Of a stretch of 64,000 bases of DNA, positions 26,975 to 39,450 are shown piece by piece. The stretch spans positions 105,278,001 to 105,342,000 of the forward strand of contig NC_087436.1 of the NCBI RefSeq assembly GCF_036321535.1. Reading direction: 5' to 3'. Source of the stretch: Camelus dromedarius. Lineage: Eukaryota. A program made the position numbers and the translations under genes. The notes under the pieces are model-generated. The model saw only the letters and a program-made list of their open reading frames with translations. It did not search any database and was not told the DNA's origin. The stretch's first letter is position 1, and each line of letters opens with the position of its first letter.

Positions 26975-27210
26975 TGTACTACATTTCAGTTCTGCCACTA
27001 ACCACCCAGAGTTAGCACAGATGCCACAAGTTAAGGGGTCAGTCCTCTGTGAGACTGCCCTTACTCCAGATGCCAGATGCATTTTAAGGGGTCCCCAGGC
27101 CAGCCCCATTTGTGACCAACTGGCTATAACTGGGGGTGGGGGGGGAGGACGGGGGTTGTGCGTGACCTCTTTGGGTTCTATAATTTGTTAGAATGACTCA
27201 CGGATCTCAA
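26975..27210 (-). mobile_element. MER21-like LTR fragment
   Basis: cagttctgccactaaccacccagagttagcacaga...aggggtccccagg...ataatttgttagaatgactcac is the reverse complement of the 3' part of the LTR at 44267-44905. Confidence 0.65.
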
Positions 27211-27289
27211 CAAAGATCTCAAGGTTTTTGCCTTAGTAGAGATTATGATGAGATGGAATTTACAGATAAATAGGCAGTTGTAATATGTA

Positions 27290-27730
27290 TGCTAAGAGCC
27301 ATGTGGAGGAAGTACAGGCTGCTATAAGAGCATATAAGAGGGGCCAAGATCAGAAAAGGGGGTTAAGAAAGCGAATAAAGGGGTAGGGAAGCAGCTTGGC
27401 TGGAGTAAAATCCAATCTGAAATTTCTGATCTCTTTTTTTTTCCCCTAGCAATCTAGCTGCTGCTTTTGGCTGGGAAATAGACATTCAGGCAAGGCTTCA
27501 CAGGGCAGGCGAAATTTAGGTGGATACTTGAGGGATGAGAAAGAGCTGTTTATGGAAAGAATGGGGGGAAGAGCAATCCTGGCAGATGGGAAAGCTTGAG
27601 CAAAGGCCCTGAGGAGTTCTTGGTGCATATTAGGCACTGGAGAGCTCCCACAAGCAGAGTGGAAGAGAGTCAGTGGTGAGACAGGGAAACAAGACACTGA
27701 GTCCAAGAGGTGGTCCAGGGCCTCACTGTG
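27290..27730 (-). mobile_element. L2 fragments
   Basis: caaggcttcacagggcagg...ggaagagcaatcctggcaga...caaaggccctgagg, antisense L2. Confidence 0.6.
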
Positions 27731-28318
27731 TGTTGTCTTTCAATACAAATCTCATACCAAGAGTTCCAGCCCTTTGCTGAAGGTCCTGACCACCTCTCCA
27801 CTCTCTGGCTAGAACCCAAGGAGTGGAGAATGACACAAGATAAGATTAGAGGTTTAGGGGATTTATGAGGCTGGGCTATGTGAGATGGAGTTGAGTTTGG
27901 CTTTAATTGGAAAGTCAGTGAGTCCATAGCCCTCCTGAAACAATAAGAACTTTTGCTTTAAAGGGACATTTTAAACAAATGTTCAATTCTTCTAAGAAAT
28001 GAACTCACATAACCATATAACTCTTGAAGATTAATCTTAACCTTAGATGCATGTACATGCACTGAATGTTTTTGGAAATATACATAGAAAAGTGGTAACA
28101 GTGATCAACTCTGGAGAGGGAATGGGAGATTGGAGATCGGGGTGGGCATGAAATCTGCTTTTCTCTCTATATACAGTGGTGGGACCACGGGGTGACTTGG
28201 TGATACTGGTTGGGCTCCATTAGCAACCCTCCCTCCAGGGCACCCCAAATGATCTTTATTTTCACCCCCCTAAGTAGCATCCTTACTTAGCGAACTTGGA
28301 TTTAAGAAAGTTTCCTGG

Positions 28319-28800
28319 TGTTGACTGAAAAAAATAAGCATAACCTAAAGTTGAGAATTATGTTTTATTTGGGGAATTAATGAGGACTTAAGCCTGGGAT
28401 ATAGCCTCTCAGAAAGCTCTGAGAGACAGTTAAAAGAGATAAGGGAGGAGCCAGGAAATATGTGAGTTTTTGCAAAACAGTCAAACAAACAAAACCCACC
28501 CCCCAAAACAAAAACAAAAACAAAAAAGTAGTCGAACATCAAAAGATTACTGCTAATTAAAGAAAAAGCAGACATCTCGAGTGAGTGAATTTAATGCCTT
28601 TCTATTTATGGGAAGATGCAAGAGTCTCCACTTAATGAAATTATTCCTTTGATGTTCACCTTAACTGTGGCCAGTATCCTGTTTTTTTCCATCCTTAATC
28701 CCCTCAAGGTATACCTACAGAGGTGGCTGCAGTGGCTGATGGCTTGATGGCTGCAGTAGTCTTCGTTTACTGATATGGCAGGCAGCATTCTTTGTCCACA
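28319..28800 (-). mobile_element. ERV1 solo LTR, MER41-like (artiodactyl type)
   Basis: TG...CA ends (tgttgact...gtccaca) with near-TSD ctgg/ctag, minus-strand AATAAA near 28365. Sequence recalls artiodactyl MER41-type LTRs. Confidence 0.65.
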
Positions 28801-29043
28801 CTAGTTCCTCCATTCATTCAACAAACAAATGGTGCCAAGTGTTATTGTAGTGCTGGGGAGAGAGGAGAGACTACAACTCTGTTCTCATGAGGCTTCCATT
28901 CTCATGGAGAAGACAAAAAATAAAAAGTAGCCAGTGGAATATTAGAATGTGAAATAATGACAAACGTGAAAAAGAGTAATGTGGGATGAGGAGTACAGAA
29001 TGATGTGGTGTGAATGGGTGGGTGCTATTTCATACAGGGTGAT

Positions 29044-29360
29044 TGTAGTGGGTTGGATGGTGGTCCCCCCCCCCACCAAAAATATGTCCATGTCTAATCC
29101 CCAGAACCTGTGAATGTTACCTTATTTGGAAAAAAAAAAGTTTTGCTGATGTAATTAAGTTAAGGATTTGGGGATGATATCATCCCAGATTATCTTAATT
29201 GGCCCTAAATCCAATGACAAGAATGATTATGAAAGAAAGGCAGAGGGAAGTTTGAGACAGAAGACACATATGGAGGCAGATGTGAAGATGAGACACAGAT
29301 TGGAGTGATATGGCCACAAGCCAAGAAATCCAAGGAACGCCAACAGCAGCAAGAAACTAC
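29044..29360 (+). mobile_element. MLT1C/D-like MaLR LTR (3' truncated), inside an antisense L2
   Basis: tgtagtgggttggatggtggtcccc...cctgtgaatgttaccttatttgg...gccctaaatccaatgac...gccacaagccaag. Confidence 0.8.
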
Positions 29361-30069
29361 TGCAACAGGCAAACACTCAGAATTGACAGGCTGGAGGGTG
29401 ACAGGGACAGCTATTAGGCTATCTGAGAGAAGACTGTTCCAAATACATGGTTACTTCTAAATCCCTTCTATATGAAAATTCTAGAGCTTCTACTTCTGTA
29501 TATGTTTCTGTACTGTTTTAATTTTGTGTGTGTGCTTTTACTAAAAAGTGACTAAAATGATTTTAGTACATTACAAGGTTTTTACCGCAATGGGGAAAAA
29601 ATAGAAACAAGAACTACTTAGGTGAAAGTTTTAATTAGATGTGGTTGATTTTCAAGGTTATGATTCAACTGAAATACCACATGTAAGTATGGAAAACAGA
29701 AAGAACACTAGCCTTTGAGCAAATCTGATAATAGCCACTTAGATGATAATCTGTATCGCCTTTGTTTAGCTGGCTGCAGTGGACTTTTGCTTCGTGGGTA
29801 ATCTATTATTGCCTGGAGGAAACACAAATATCCTCTAGATGAGCCCTCCGACTTTGCATTCTGCTCCACTTCAATATGCTCATGTATATGTTGTGACTTG
29901 AATACAGATATATTAAAATAAAACTTAATTCCCAGTTTTCTGTCATTTCCCAAATTTATCTCATAGTAGTACGGATCTTGCTTTAAGCAGAACCTGTTCC
30001 CAAAAACTTATATGCATCTGAAATGCTTGTGAAACAAATGCTGCTTTAATGCGGTAATAATGAAGGCTA

Positions 30070-30290
30070 CAGTTTATTGAGAACCAGATGCTATTCCACA
30101 TGCTTTGAGTTTATTAGCACACACACCCTCACAACAACCCACTGTGGTGGGGGTTCTTATTACCCTCTTTTTGCACATGCAGAAACTAAGGCCTATACAG
30201 GTGAAGTGATTTGTCCCAGATCACCCGGATGTCAGTGGCAGGGTTAGTGTTGGAACACTGGCAGCCTGGCTCCACCCTGTTAGCCGTTCT
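30070..30290 (-). mobile_element. MIR SINE
   Basis: ctcacaacaaccc...cagaaactaaggc...gtgaagtgatttgtcccagatcac. Confidence 0.7.
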
Positions 30291-31033
30291 ATCATACAGC
30301 CTTTCTTCACTTAGGAAACCAATGGAAGGTTCTTTCTAAATCACAGTTCTGATTATTGTTACTAGTTTCTAATGTCATCCCATTGCTCACCAAAACCAAA
30401 ATAAACCTAAAAATTTACCATATAATAATTGTAATTTACCATGTAATTCCTCCCACAGTCTGGGCTCCAACCTCTGACATCAACCCTGTATTACACCCGT
30501 CCCAGCTACAGCCATCCTGAACTTCTCCCTATTTCTAGAACCAGTTATTTCATGCCTCTGACTTTATTCTTGCTGACAGGATATCCCTACCTTCTTCATC
30601 ACTTGGTCAACATCTACTTGACCTCTAAATCCCAGTTTAATGTCAATTCCTTTGGAACATTGTCTTCACTTTCTTAAGCAGAGATCATCATGTCTCTGTC
30701 CTGTATTCTCCCCAGATCCTTGCTCTGACTTCCTCCGATGGCGCCTCTCCCACTGAGGTTTAATTATTTCTCTATTCAAAGGTGCTGTGAAACCGTGAGG
30801 CCCTTGTAGGGAAGGATGTGATGTTCTTTGCTTTTCTCTCACTCCCTCCAGTTCCTAGGAGAGTGACTAGAACATGCTGTGTGCTTGACAAAAGTTTTAT
30901 AAATTCACGAACAAATGAATGAATAGGTAAAATTATACTTAAAGGAGTTCTGTAAACAAATTTTGTAATGAAAGCCATCAGCCCCCCAACTTCTCTTTGG
31001 TAGGATTAATATTTGGTAGGACAAATGTCACTA

Positions 31034-31530
31034 TGAAAGTCTGGGTTGGGAGGTCCCCAAGGGCATCCCCAGGTTTGATGATTCACTAGGAGGACTCACA
31101 GGACTCAGCAGATAGTCATATTCACATCTGTGATGTATTACAGTGAAAGGATACAAAGCAGAATCAGCAAAGGGGAAAGGCACCTGAGACGAAGATGGGA
31201 GGAAACCGGGCACTTACTTCCAAGAGCCCCCTCCCAGTGGAGGCAGACGGGATGTTCTTACCTCCCCAGACTACACATTGTGACGACACATGTGAAATGT
31301 TCTCTACCAGGGAAACTCCTTAGCGACTCAGTGTCCGTGGTTTTAATTGGGGCTGGTCATGTAGGCATCCTCTGCCTAGCATCTACTGAAATTCCAGATC
31401 CCCAGAAACAAGGCAAGAGTTCAGCATAAACCATATGGTTTGCACATTTCAGGCACAGTGAATTACTCTTATCTGAAAGGGTGGGAACCCTCCTGAAATC
31501 CAGGTTCCCAGGTGTCAGCCAAAGGCCATG
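31034..31530 (-). mobile_element. ERVL-type LTR (MER68/MER77-like)
   Basis: ccccaggtttgatgattcactaggaggactcacaggactcagca...aaggatacaaagcagaatcagcaaagggg...cagcataaacca. Subfamily name from recall. Confidence 0.65.
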
Positions 31531-32319
31531 ACGACCTCTTCAGCGATGATCAGAGCTGCCAAAAGAGAAGAAGAGCTTCCAAATGAAAGGACACATCTCA
31601 GCAAGAAAAGAGGGAAAGGGCTGGTCAGCCCCATGCTTCAGAATCAACAGGAAGGACAGTAGCCTAGCTCCTCAGGGGACACCTCAGAAGAGAGTTAAGC
31701 CAGGAGTTGCCAGATTTTTCTTTTCCAAAATTCTGGCTGGGGATTGGGATGGGTTTATGTGACACAAGGCTACGGTGGTGGTTAAAAATAAAGGTACCTG
31801 ATTAAAATGTTTTGGTACTTCCAATTTGTGCAATTTATATTATTTTTAGGAAACACTGAAAAAAAATTTATAATTGTATAGAAGTATACAATTCAATTTT
31901 TCTTTGTTTTTTGTTTGAACAGATAGAAAACAAACAAACAAAAAAACCCCAAGTGCCAATTTAATTGCACGCTCTAAATAAATCCAGGCACCAGAGAGAG
32001 TACAGGAACTGTGGTTTAAGTGTCATGAACCTTGTAATTTCCCCCACACTCTTAACTTGTGTGGTTGCCTGTCTGTCTGTAGTAATCACTAAAAAAAGTA
32101 ATGAAAACAAAGAGAGGACTGTGAGCTTGTGAGCAGGAAAATGGGGAGCTGGGAAAACTGGGTATCACTCTGCTGCTGGGCTTGGGAGAGGGGAGGCGAG
32201 TGGGTGGTCATAGCTGCTGAAAAAAAGGGAAATAGGTCAAATCATTAAGCCCCTGGAGGAGAAGTGGGGCAAGCAGGTGCAGGTCTGCAGGGGGATCTGG
32301 GGCTCAGCCTTTGAAGCCT

Positions 32320-32762
32320 GAATTAGTTTCCTGGAACTGCCCTAACAAACCATCACAAACTGGGTGCTTTAAAAAAATAATTTATTCTAAGGCAGTTCTG
32401 GAGGCAAGAAGTTTGAAATCAAGGTGTCGGCAGAGCCGTGTTCCCTCCAAAGTCTCTTGGGGAAAATCCATTCTTGTTTTTTCCAGCTGCTGGTAGCTCG
32501 CAACCATCCCTGTCCTTGTGGATAAATCACTCCGATCTCTGCTTCACCGTCAGAGAGCCTGCGCCTCTCTATGTATCTCCGCTTGTCCTCTCCTCTTCTT
32601 TAAAGGACACCAGTCATTAGAGTTAGGGCTCATCTTAATCCAGTATGACTTCATCTTAACTAATTACATCTACATAGACCGCATCTTCAGATAAGGTCAG
32701 ATTTTGAGGTTTTGAATGGACGTGATTTTGTTTTTTTACCAGGGATGCTATTCAACCCACTG
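32320..32762 (-). mobile_element. MLT1B/C-like MaLR LTR
   Basis: attagtttcct...gttctggaggcaagaagtttgaaatcaaggtgtcggcag...catcttaactaattacatct...attcaacccac. Confidence 0.8.
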
Positions 32763-33607
32763 TAAAACCTCATCACAGTAACTTGAACCTGTCATTATCA
32801 GATGGAATGTCTCCTACCGAAACCTCAGTGTGTCTAGTAGCACAGCTTTCCTGGAATCTGTGACTAACAAAAAAAGGAAACCATGGAACAAACCTAAGAA
32901 GTGGTCACAAAAAAGATAAGGAAAATTGCTTTCTGTATGTGACCAGATTTAATACTTTTCCATGTATGTAAAGACCATGATTCCAAACCGCACAATGAAA
33001 GCTCTTTGTTGAAGGAAATCTGCCAGAAAATCTGCCTATGAAACACCATATGCTGTATGTGGTTTCATTAACGCTTCAGGATGTCTTGAATGTACTCTGA
33101 ACTTCCTCACACAGTCCCCTCCTCGCTGGGTGTGTGATGGGTCCACCTGCAAGGATCCAGGTGCAGTCAGATGACAGGATGCACACGCTTGTAAACATAT
33201 GCAAACCTGTCCAAGCCACCCACGAAGATGCCCTGGCTATGCTGAAATGACCTCTGGCCACTCCCTTCTGGAGGCTGCTTTTCTTCTAGGCTTTCCCATC
33301 AAGCTGGCCTCAGAATAAAGGAAAACTTTATTTGTTCAAGGAAGCTCTGGCAATTGGAAATTGTCACTCACAGCTCCGAGGAAACACTGGAGAGTGGCTG
33401 CACGGTAGTTTCTGCTCCCAGAATTAGACATTCGGACTCTGACATAGACTAATAAACAAGCTTACATGTTGAAACTGTTTTTAATGTCTACCTCAGAGTT
33501 GGCACACTCGGCCAACAAATGAGATGCAAAAGAACCTCAGATGTATAACTGCAGTCATTTCTGGTCCATAAGAAATTTTCAAATGACATGTTAAGCTATT
33601 ACATAAT

Positions 33608-33948
33608 TGCCATAGACTGTGTTCCCCTAAAATTCATATATTAAAATTTAATCCCCTGTGTGATGGTATTTGGAGATGGACCATTTGGGAGGTGATTAGG
33701 TTGTGTGGGTGGGAACCTTCATAAAAGGATTTAGCACCCTTATAAAAAAGATCTCAGAGCTCCTTTACCCTCTTCTACCATGTGAATAGTGAATAAATGG
33801 CTGCCTTTTAACCAGGAAGCAGGCTTCCACCGCACAACAAATCTGCTGGTGCCACAATCTTGGAATTCCTAGCTTCCAATAAATTTCTGTTGCTTATAAG
33901 CCTCCAGCATGTGGTATTTCTGTTACAGCAGCCCAAATGGACTAAGAT
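33608..33948 (+). mobile_element. MLT1A-like MaLR LTR
   Basis: tgccatagactgtgttcccctaaaattcata...aataaatttctgttg...cagcagcccaaatggactaaga. Confidence 0.8.
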
Positions 33949-36479
33949 AGTCATTGTAAAAGTGGCACAGTACTTCCTTAGTGATTTAATCTATCCATCC
34001 TTCCATCCATCCACCCCTTGCCATATTGATTCTCCTTCTGAAAAATCTCTTGAATCATTAACTTCTCTCTCTATCTGCACCACTACCACCCTTGTCGAAA
34101 CCATCATTATCTCTGTCTTGACTACTTCAGTGATTTCCTAACTGGACTCTCACTTCTTCTCAAGTCCCCAAAATAGTTAAGAAGTCATGGGCAGCAAAAA
34201 CAGAAGTCCCAACTCAAATTGCCTTAAAAGAAATTCATTATCTAGTGCTAACATCATACAATTTTGTAATAACCTGTAACTTGAATATAAGCCCAGGGAG
34301 CAAAACCTGTGCTTAGTTCACTGTTAGGTCCCATTAGCCATGACAGAACCTGCCACACAGCAGGCACTCAATACACGGTTACCAAGTGAATGCGTCTGGT
34401 CCAATTCCACTTTATGGTTGAAGTAACAGGTTTAGCGATGATAAGCCTCTTACTTATGATTACTCACAAATTAGTAGCGAAGCTGGATTAGAACTTCTGC
34501 CTGTAACTTCTTGCTTCTCTCCACTTTGCTACTCCTCTTTGCAGGAAGGTTAAGATCCAACAGATGTGGCAAGGTTCTTAGAGGAGTGTGTGTGTTCAGC
34601 TATTTTGTATTAAAAAAAGAAGCACGCTCAGGTTCCTGCAGTTGTGTTTTGTGTGTCTTTTTAAGTACATACACGATGATAGGAAGTTCATGTGCCATCC
34701 AGCTGAACTTGAGGGAAACTTGATCAGGAAGTGGCTTCCCTCCTTGCCTCGCGGCACAAAGCGTCACCCATTTCCTGGCCATTGTGCTGATGCAGCTCTG
34801 TCCCATCTCTTCTGCTTCTCTCCTACTAATAACCCACCAGCAGCATCCTGTCCCGTCACGCCTTCCTGCCTTGTGGTAGCTGTTTATGGGTAACATAGGC
34901 TCCCTCCTGCCTTCTCTTTGCAACTTTTCAGAGTCACTTCTTGAACCCAATGGATTCTCTCCATATGTTCTAAATCTAATTTCTGACCGAGGGATCCTGG
35001 TTGGCTCCTTTTCTTACTATCTCTCCTGTCTGAACAGAGCTTGTCATGCCTGGCCACTTCACAAGTTAGCCCACAAACTGGCTGCTTTTAGGTCCAACTG
35101 ACTGTGACAGAGTTGGTCAGAAGGCAGGCAGAGCACATGGAATAGAACATTCCAGAGGCTGTGGGAGAGGCCTCCTCCCAGCCACCACCAGTGACTGGGA
35201 GTGAGACAGGTGCCCTCACCGACCTGTCCAATACAGCAGAAAAAGGATGACCAGAGTTTCTGGATAATAGTCTGAAGTGTTATCTCGTGGCAAGGTATAG
35301 TAGTATTTTAAAGCGGCTCCAGCTTCCTCATTTCTGGCATACGGCGGCTCTCGCTTTACCTTTTCAGGTCAGGAGGCCAGGGGTAAAACATGCTGGGGAC
35401 GGTGTGAAGAAAATGGGGGGAAAAGAGTGTCAAATGGAAAAAAGTAAAATAACCCTAAGATTATAACATTATTTGACTTGGACAATAACAAGTGAATTTA
35501 AACGAAGCTAGATCTCAAAGTGATTTCTATGAAAACAGACAACTGAGTTTTAGTCTTCTTCCTTTCTTTCTCTTTTTTTTTTATATCAAAGATTTTAATC
35601 TAATCTGGTCAAGTAGAAGGAAATAACTCAATGTTCTGAAAATAAATTTCCCAGAGGAGACCATTAAGGCGGCCCTTTTGTTTCCTGTCATACTCGGAAT
35701 AAGTTACAAGGACAAACTCTATTTGTTTGGGTACATTAATTTTGCTCAATGGCCTTTCTATAAAATGAGCATCCAATTGATGGGACTGGACCTCAGCAAA
35801 GAAGAAGTTCCAATTTTCTCTGGATGGATTGTTCTGGACGTGCAGTGGAAAATTATTATTAATAGCAATTCATGTTTACTATCCAGTGAGCACAAAAGAA
35901 AGACAGAGTTAGAAATGCAGCTGGATCCAACTAAGTGCTGAGCATCACAGGACAAATCACTGCGGAGGGATGACCCCAGTCTTTGGCTCCTATGTGGCTA
36001 ATCTATTTGTATCACCTTTGGTGTGTTGGACCACAGGTGTTTTCTGAGTGCAGCCATGTGTTTATTTCAGTCATTCAACTGGGCACATGGAGAGGGGCTG
36101 AACAGACATGCTCCCTTCCCTCACGGAGTTGATATTCTAGTAATTAAATCTGGTTCCTAAGGTCTCCTGATTTGGACTCAGCTTTCAAAGTTCAAACAAG
36201 CAGAGGCACATGGTGGATCTAGATTTTCTCTATCAGGTTACCGAGTTGGGGGTAAAGCGTGCTGAAGGTGGGTATGAAAAAGGAAATATAAAGGAAAAAG
36301 GAAATATAAAGGAGGCAAAACAACTTCATCTTCCTAGGGCTTAATCAGAACCCACTAGTCCTTGTGATCAGTGGGATACAGAGAGTTGCTATACTGCTCA
36401 TTCCTTGTAAATGTATTTGCCTTTGTCATTTGCAGTCTGTGTGCTAAGCTCATTCCCAAGTTCATTTCTCTTTCTCTTC

Positions 36480-37005
36480 TGTGGAAATAAACGAAGACCA
36501 ACCAAATGAAAACAGGCAAGGTGTCTTTATGTAGAGTTTGCTATAGCAAGGGAGTCAGCCATCATTACTTGCAGAGACTGAAGGGCAGTCAGAGGAGTGG
36601 GGATGTTTTACAGTAAAACAAAGGGAAGGCTTCAGGTGTGCCCTCATTGGAGGCTGTTGGCTTGGAGAAGCTGGAGGTGGGCTGAGTAGAAGTGGGGCAT
36701 CCTACGTAATTGGTTAGGGGCACATATTGTGCTGTCTCTGGTTGGTCCTATGTTCAAAGTGAGGACAGAAATTAGAGAAGCTCAGTTACTAGCAAAGTCC
36801 TGGCTGTTTGGGGCCAATTGCTACAGAGATTATTGTTTGGCTTCCTGGGCCGGTTGATAGATATAAATCTGACTTACAGATGGAAGATTGGCTTCCCAGG
36901 CTGGTTACTATAAATAATAGATTGGTTTCCCAGGCTAGGTGTTGCAGGTTGTGGGTCAGAGTTCTGTTTTTATATATGGTCTGGCCATTATCTGTTTGTA
37001 CATCC
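36480..37005 (-). mobile_element. ERV1-type solo LTR
   Basis: Starts tgtggaaat, has minus-strand CCAAT boxes (attgg) and an LTR-like body. Subfamily not identified. Confidence 0.55.
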
Positions 37006-37513
37006 AGTGTCCCACTTATTATTTTACCTAGGTTGCTTCATCTATTTTTAGCTTTAAATCCTTTATCTTATACATATCTTCTAGTATCCATCAATTCTGC
37101 AAACTTCATGGAACATTTTCAAAAAACGTTTAATTACAAAAATAACATATGTTCATTGAATAAAAAATTTTAGAGTAGAAATAAACAAAAGGAAAAATAA
37201 TTTTATAAACTCTCACCAGCCATGTTCCTACTGACAATTTGCTGTATGTTCTTTCTCTGCATATACAGTATATCAATAAAATCCCACAGCACTTTGTACA
37301 ATCGTAACTTTCTTGTAAATAGTAGTTGGTTTGTGTTTCTCCCAGTGGAGATTTGCAGAAATGGGGAGTATTTCTTATTCAACCCTTACTCCCCAAATCT
37401 GGTAGCATGTTCAATTAAGTATTAACTGAATGTTTTATATTGAACCACATGAAATTGCTTTTCTCGTAAGTCAAAAATGCTCAAATAATGGCAATTTCAT
37501 GTTGTTAAACTTA

Positions 37514-37581
37514 GTGGGTGGATAGATGAGTGGATGGATGACTGGATGAATGAAAGGACAGATAGATGATGGATGGATGAA
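37514..37581. repeat. (TGGA)n degenerate microsatellite, L2-tail type
   Basis: gtggatagatgagtggatggatgactggatgaatga... Confidence 0.8.
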
Positions 37582-38429
37582 TTGTAATGCCTTTTACAAC
37601 TATCAGTTCTATTCCATATAACTAATGATTTAAGCATCGGAATTCTGTGACCTCTTAAAGATGATGGAGAAAATTCTGACTTCTGCTCTCAACTAGGTTA
37701 TTTCTTCCATTTGTTTATGACTATTATTTAGCCAATTACTAAATGGCAGTGTCGATCCTTTTCATCCATATATGCATTCAGCTTTTTTATAAGACTGCAA
37801 TCTCCCTGTCATGAGTAAATGGATCATTTTCATTTTTCAATTGTTTGAGCTTCAGTTTAGGACTTTGGTTAATGATTTTGCAAGACATTGATTAGAGAGA
37901 TCTTTTTCTTTCCTGATTAAAAGCATGTATGATATCTTCTCTCCAGATCTCTTTTATTTGTATCTAGTAATTGTGGATCTAAATATATGACTCCAGTGAT
38001 CTGTCACATACTATATTATGTGAATTTTTCAGGAACAACATCTTTTTTATTTTTTTAAAAAATCATTTCAGAAGGTTGTCATTAATCAGACTAAGGATTT
38101 TGGAAGTAAGACTTAAGTAAAATGAATTGTTTTCAATTAAACACTAATAGCAAATCACTGCTGCCAATTCCTATTCAATATTCCTCCTATTATAATATCT
38201 TTGTATAATATCTAGAGAAGAGTTGCCACGTAAATTGTCTCTAAAGGTTTGTCCTTAGGGCTTGGTCTCTAAATACTACAAAAGTTGGTAGTTTAGTATG
38301 GTGGGTAAAAATGCAAGGTTGGCTGTCCTGAGTTCTCCTTCCTTCTAGTTCTGTTTCTTATAAATTCCATTGCCTCAGGCATGTTACCTTCCCTTTTGGA
38401 GTCTCAGTTACCTCCTCTGTAAAATGGAG

Positions 38430-38779
38430 CTATAGACTGAATATTTGTGTCCCCCTCACAAATACATATATTAAAATCTTAACTATCAATAGAAATGTAC
38501 TAGGAGGTGGGGCCTTTGGGAGGTGATCAGATCACGAGAGTAGAGCTCTCACAAATGGGAATAGCGCCCTGCTAAGTGATACCCTGAGATCCTCTCACCT
38601 TGTCTGCCATGTGAGGCTACATCTACAAACCAGGAATTGAGCCTTCAGTGGACACTGACGCACCAGCACCTTGACCTCAGACTTCCCAGCCTCCAGAACC
38701 ATGAGAAATAAATGCCTGCTGTTTATAAGCCACCCAATCTGCGGCGTTTTGTTACAGCAGTCTGAAAGGACGAAGACAA
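38430..38779 (+). mobile_element. MLT1A-like MaLR LTR
   Basis: ctatagactgaatatttgtgtcccc...ggtggggcctttgggaggtga...gagaaataaatgcctgctg...gaagaca. Confidence 0.85.
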
Positions 38780-38910
38780 TTGGGGATAATGCAATCTGGA
38801 AGGATACAGTCATTCACTCTTTCATTCAATACAACTTACTCATGTCCAGGCCCTGCTCTCAACAGTGCTACTGGGTTGCACAATTCCATGTAAAATACGT
38901 TCACACAATA

Positions 38911-39450
38911 CAGGCGGCCCCTTCAAATCTCAGGGCTCCGAATCCTTGGATTCAGCCGACCGTGGACCAAAAATATTTTGGAGAAAAAAAATCCAGAAAG
39001 TTCCCCAAAGCACTTGAATTTGCTGCACACTGGCAACTATTTACATAATATTTACATTGCATTACAACTATTTACATAGCACTTACGTTGCATTAGATAT
39101 TATAAGTAATCTAGAGATGATTTAAAGTATACGGGAGAAACAACAAGGTCCTACTGTATAGCACAGGAAACTATATTTGATACTTTGTAATGCCTATAAT
39201 GAAAAAAATATAAAAAGGAATATATATATATGTGTGTGTGTATAAATGTATCACTATGCTGTACACCAGAAATTAACATAACATTGTAAATCGACTATAC
39301 TTCAATTAAAAAAATAAAGTATACGGGAAGATGTGCTTAGGTTAAATGCAAATACTGCATCATTTTATATAAAAGACTTGAGCATCCTTGGATTTTGCTA
39401 TCTGTGTGAGTCCTGGCATCAATCTCCCATGGATACCAAAGGGATGACTG
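38911..39450. mobile_element. MER2-like Tigger/mariner DNA transposon, interrupted by L1
   Basis: TA-flanked ends caggcggcccct ... agggatgactg, MER2 body (tataagtaatctagagatgatttaaagtatacgggag...atgcaaatact). Confidence 0.85.
39137..39315 (+). mobile_element. 5'-truncated L1 3' end inside MER2
   Basis: aacaaggtcctactgtatagcacagg...aatcgactatacttcaattaaaaaaa. TSD aaagtatacggga at 39124-39136 and 39316-39328. Confidence 0.9.

Noticed and set aside
31528..31662. 44-aa ORF MTTSSAMIRAAKREEELPNE... with gccATG at an LTR edge
   Set aside because: No homology recognised, no splice or poly(A) support, and the length is expected by chance in purine-rich DNA.
36276..36313. 18-bp direct duplication (gaaaaaggaaatataaag x2)
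   Set aside because: Simple slippage in low-complexity purine sequence.
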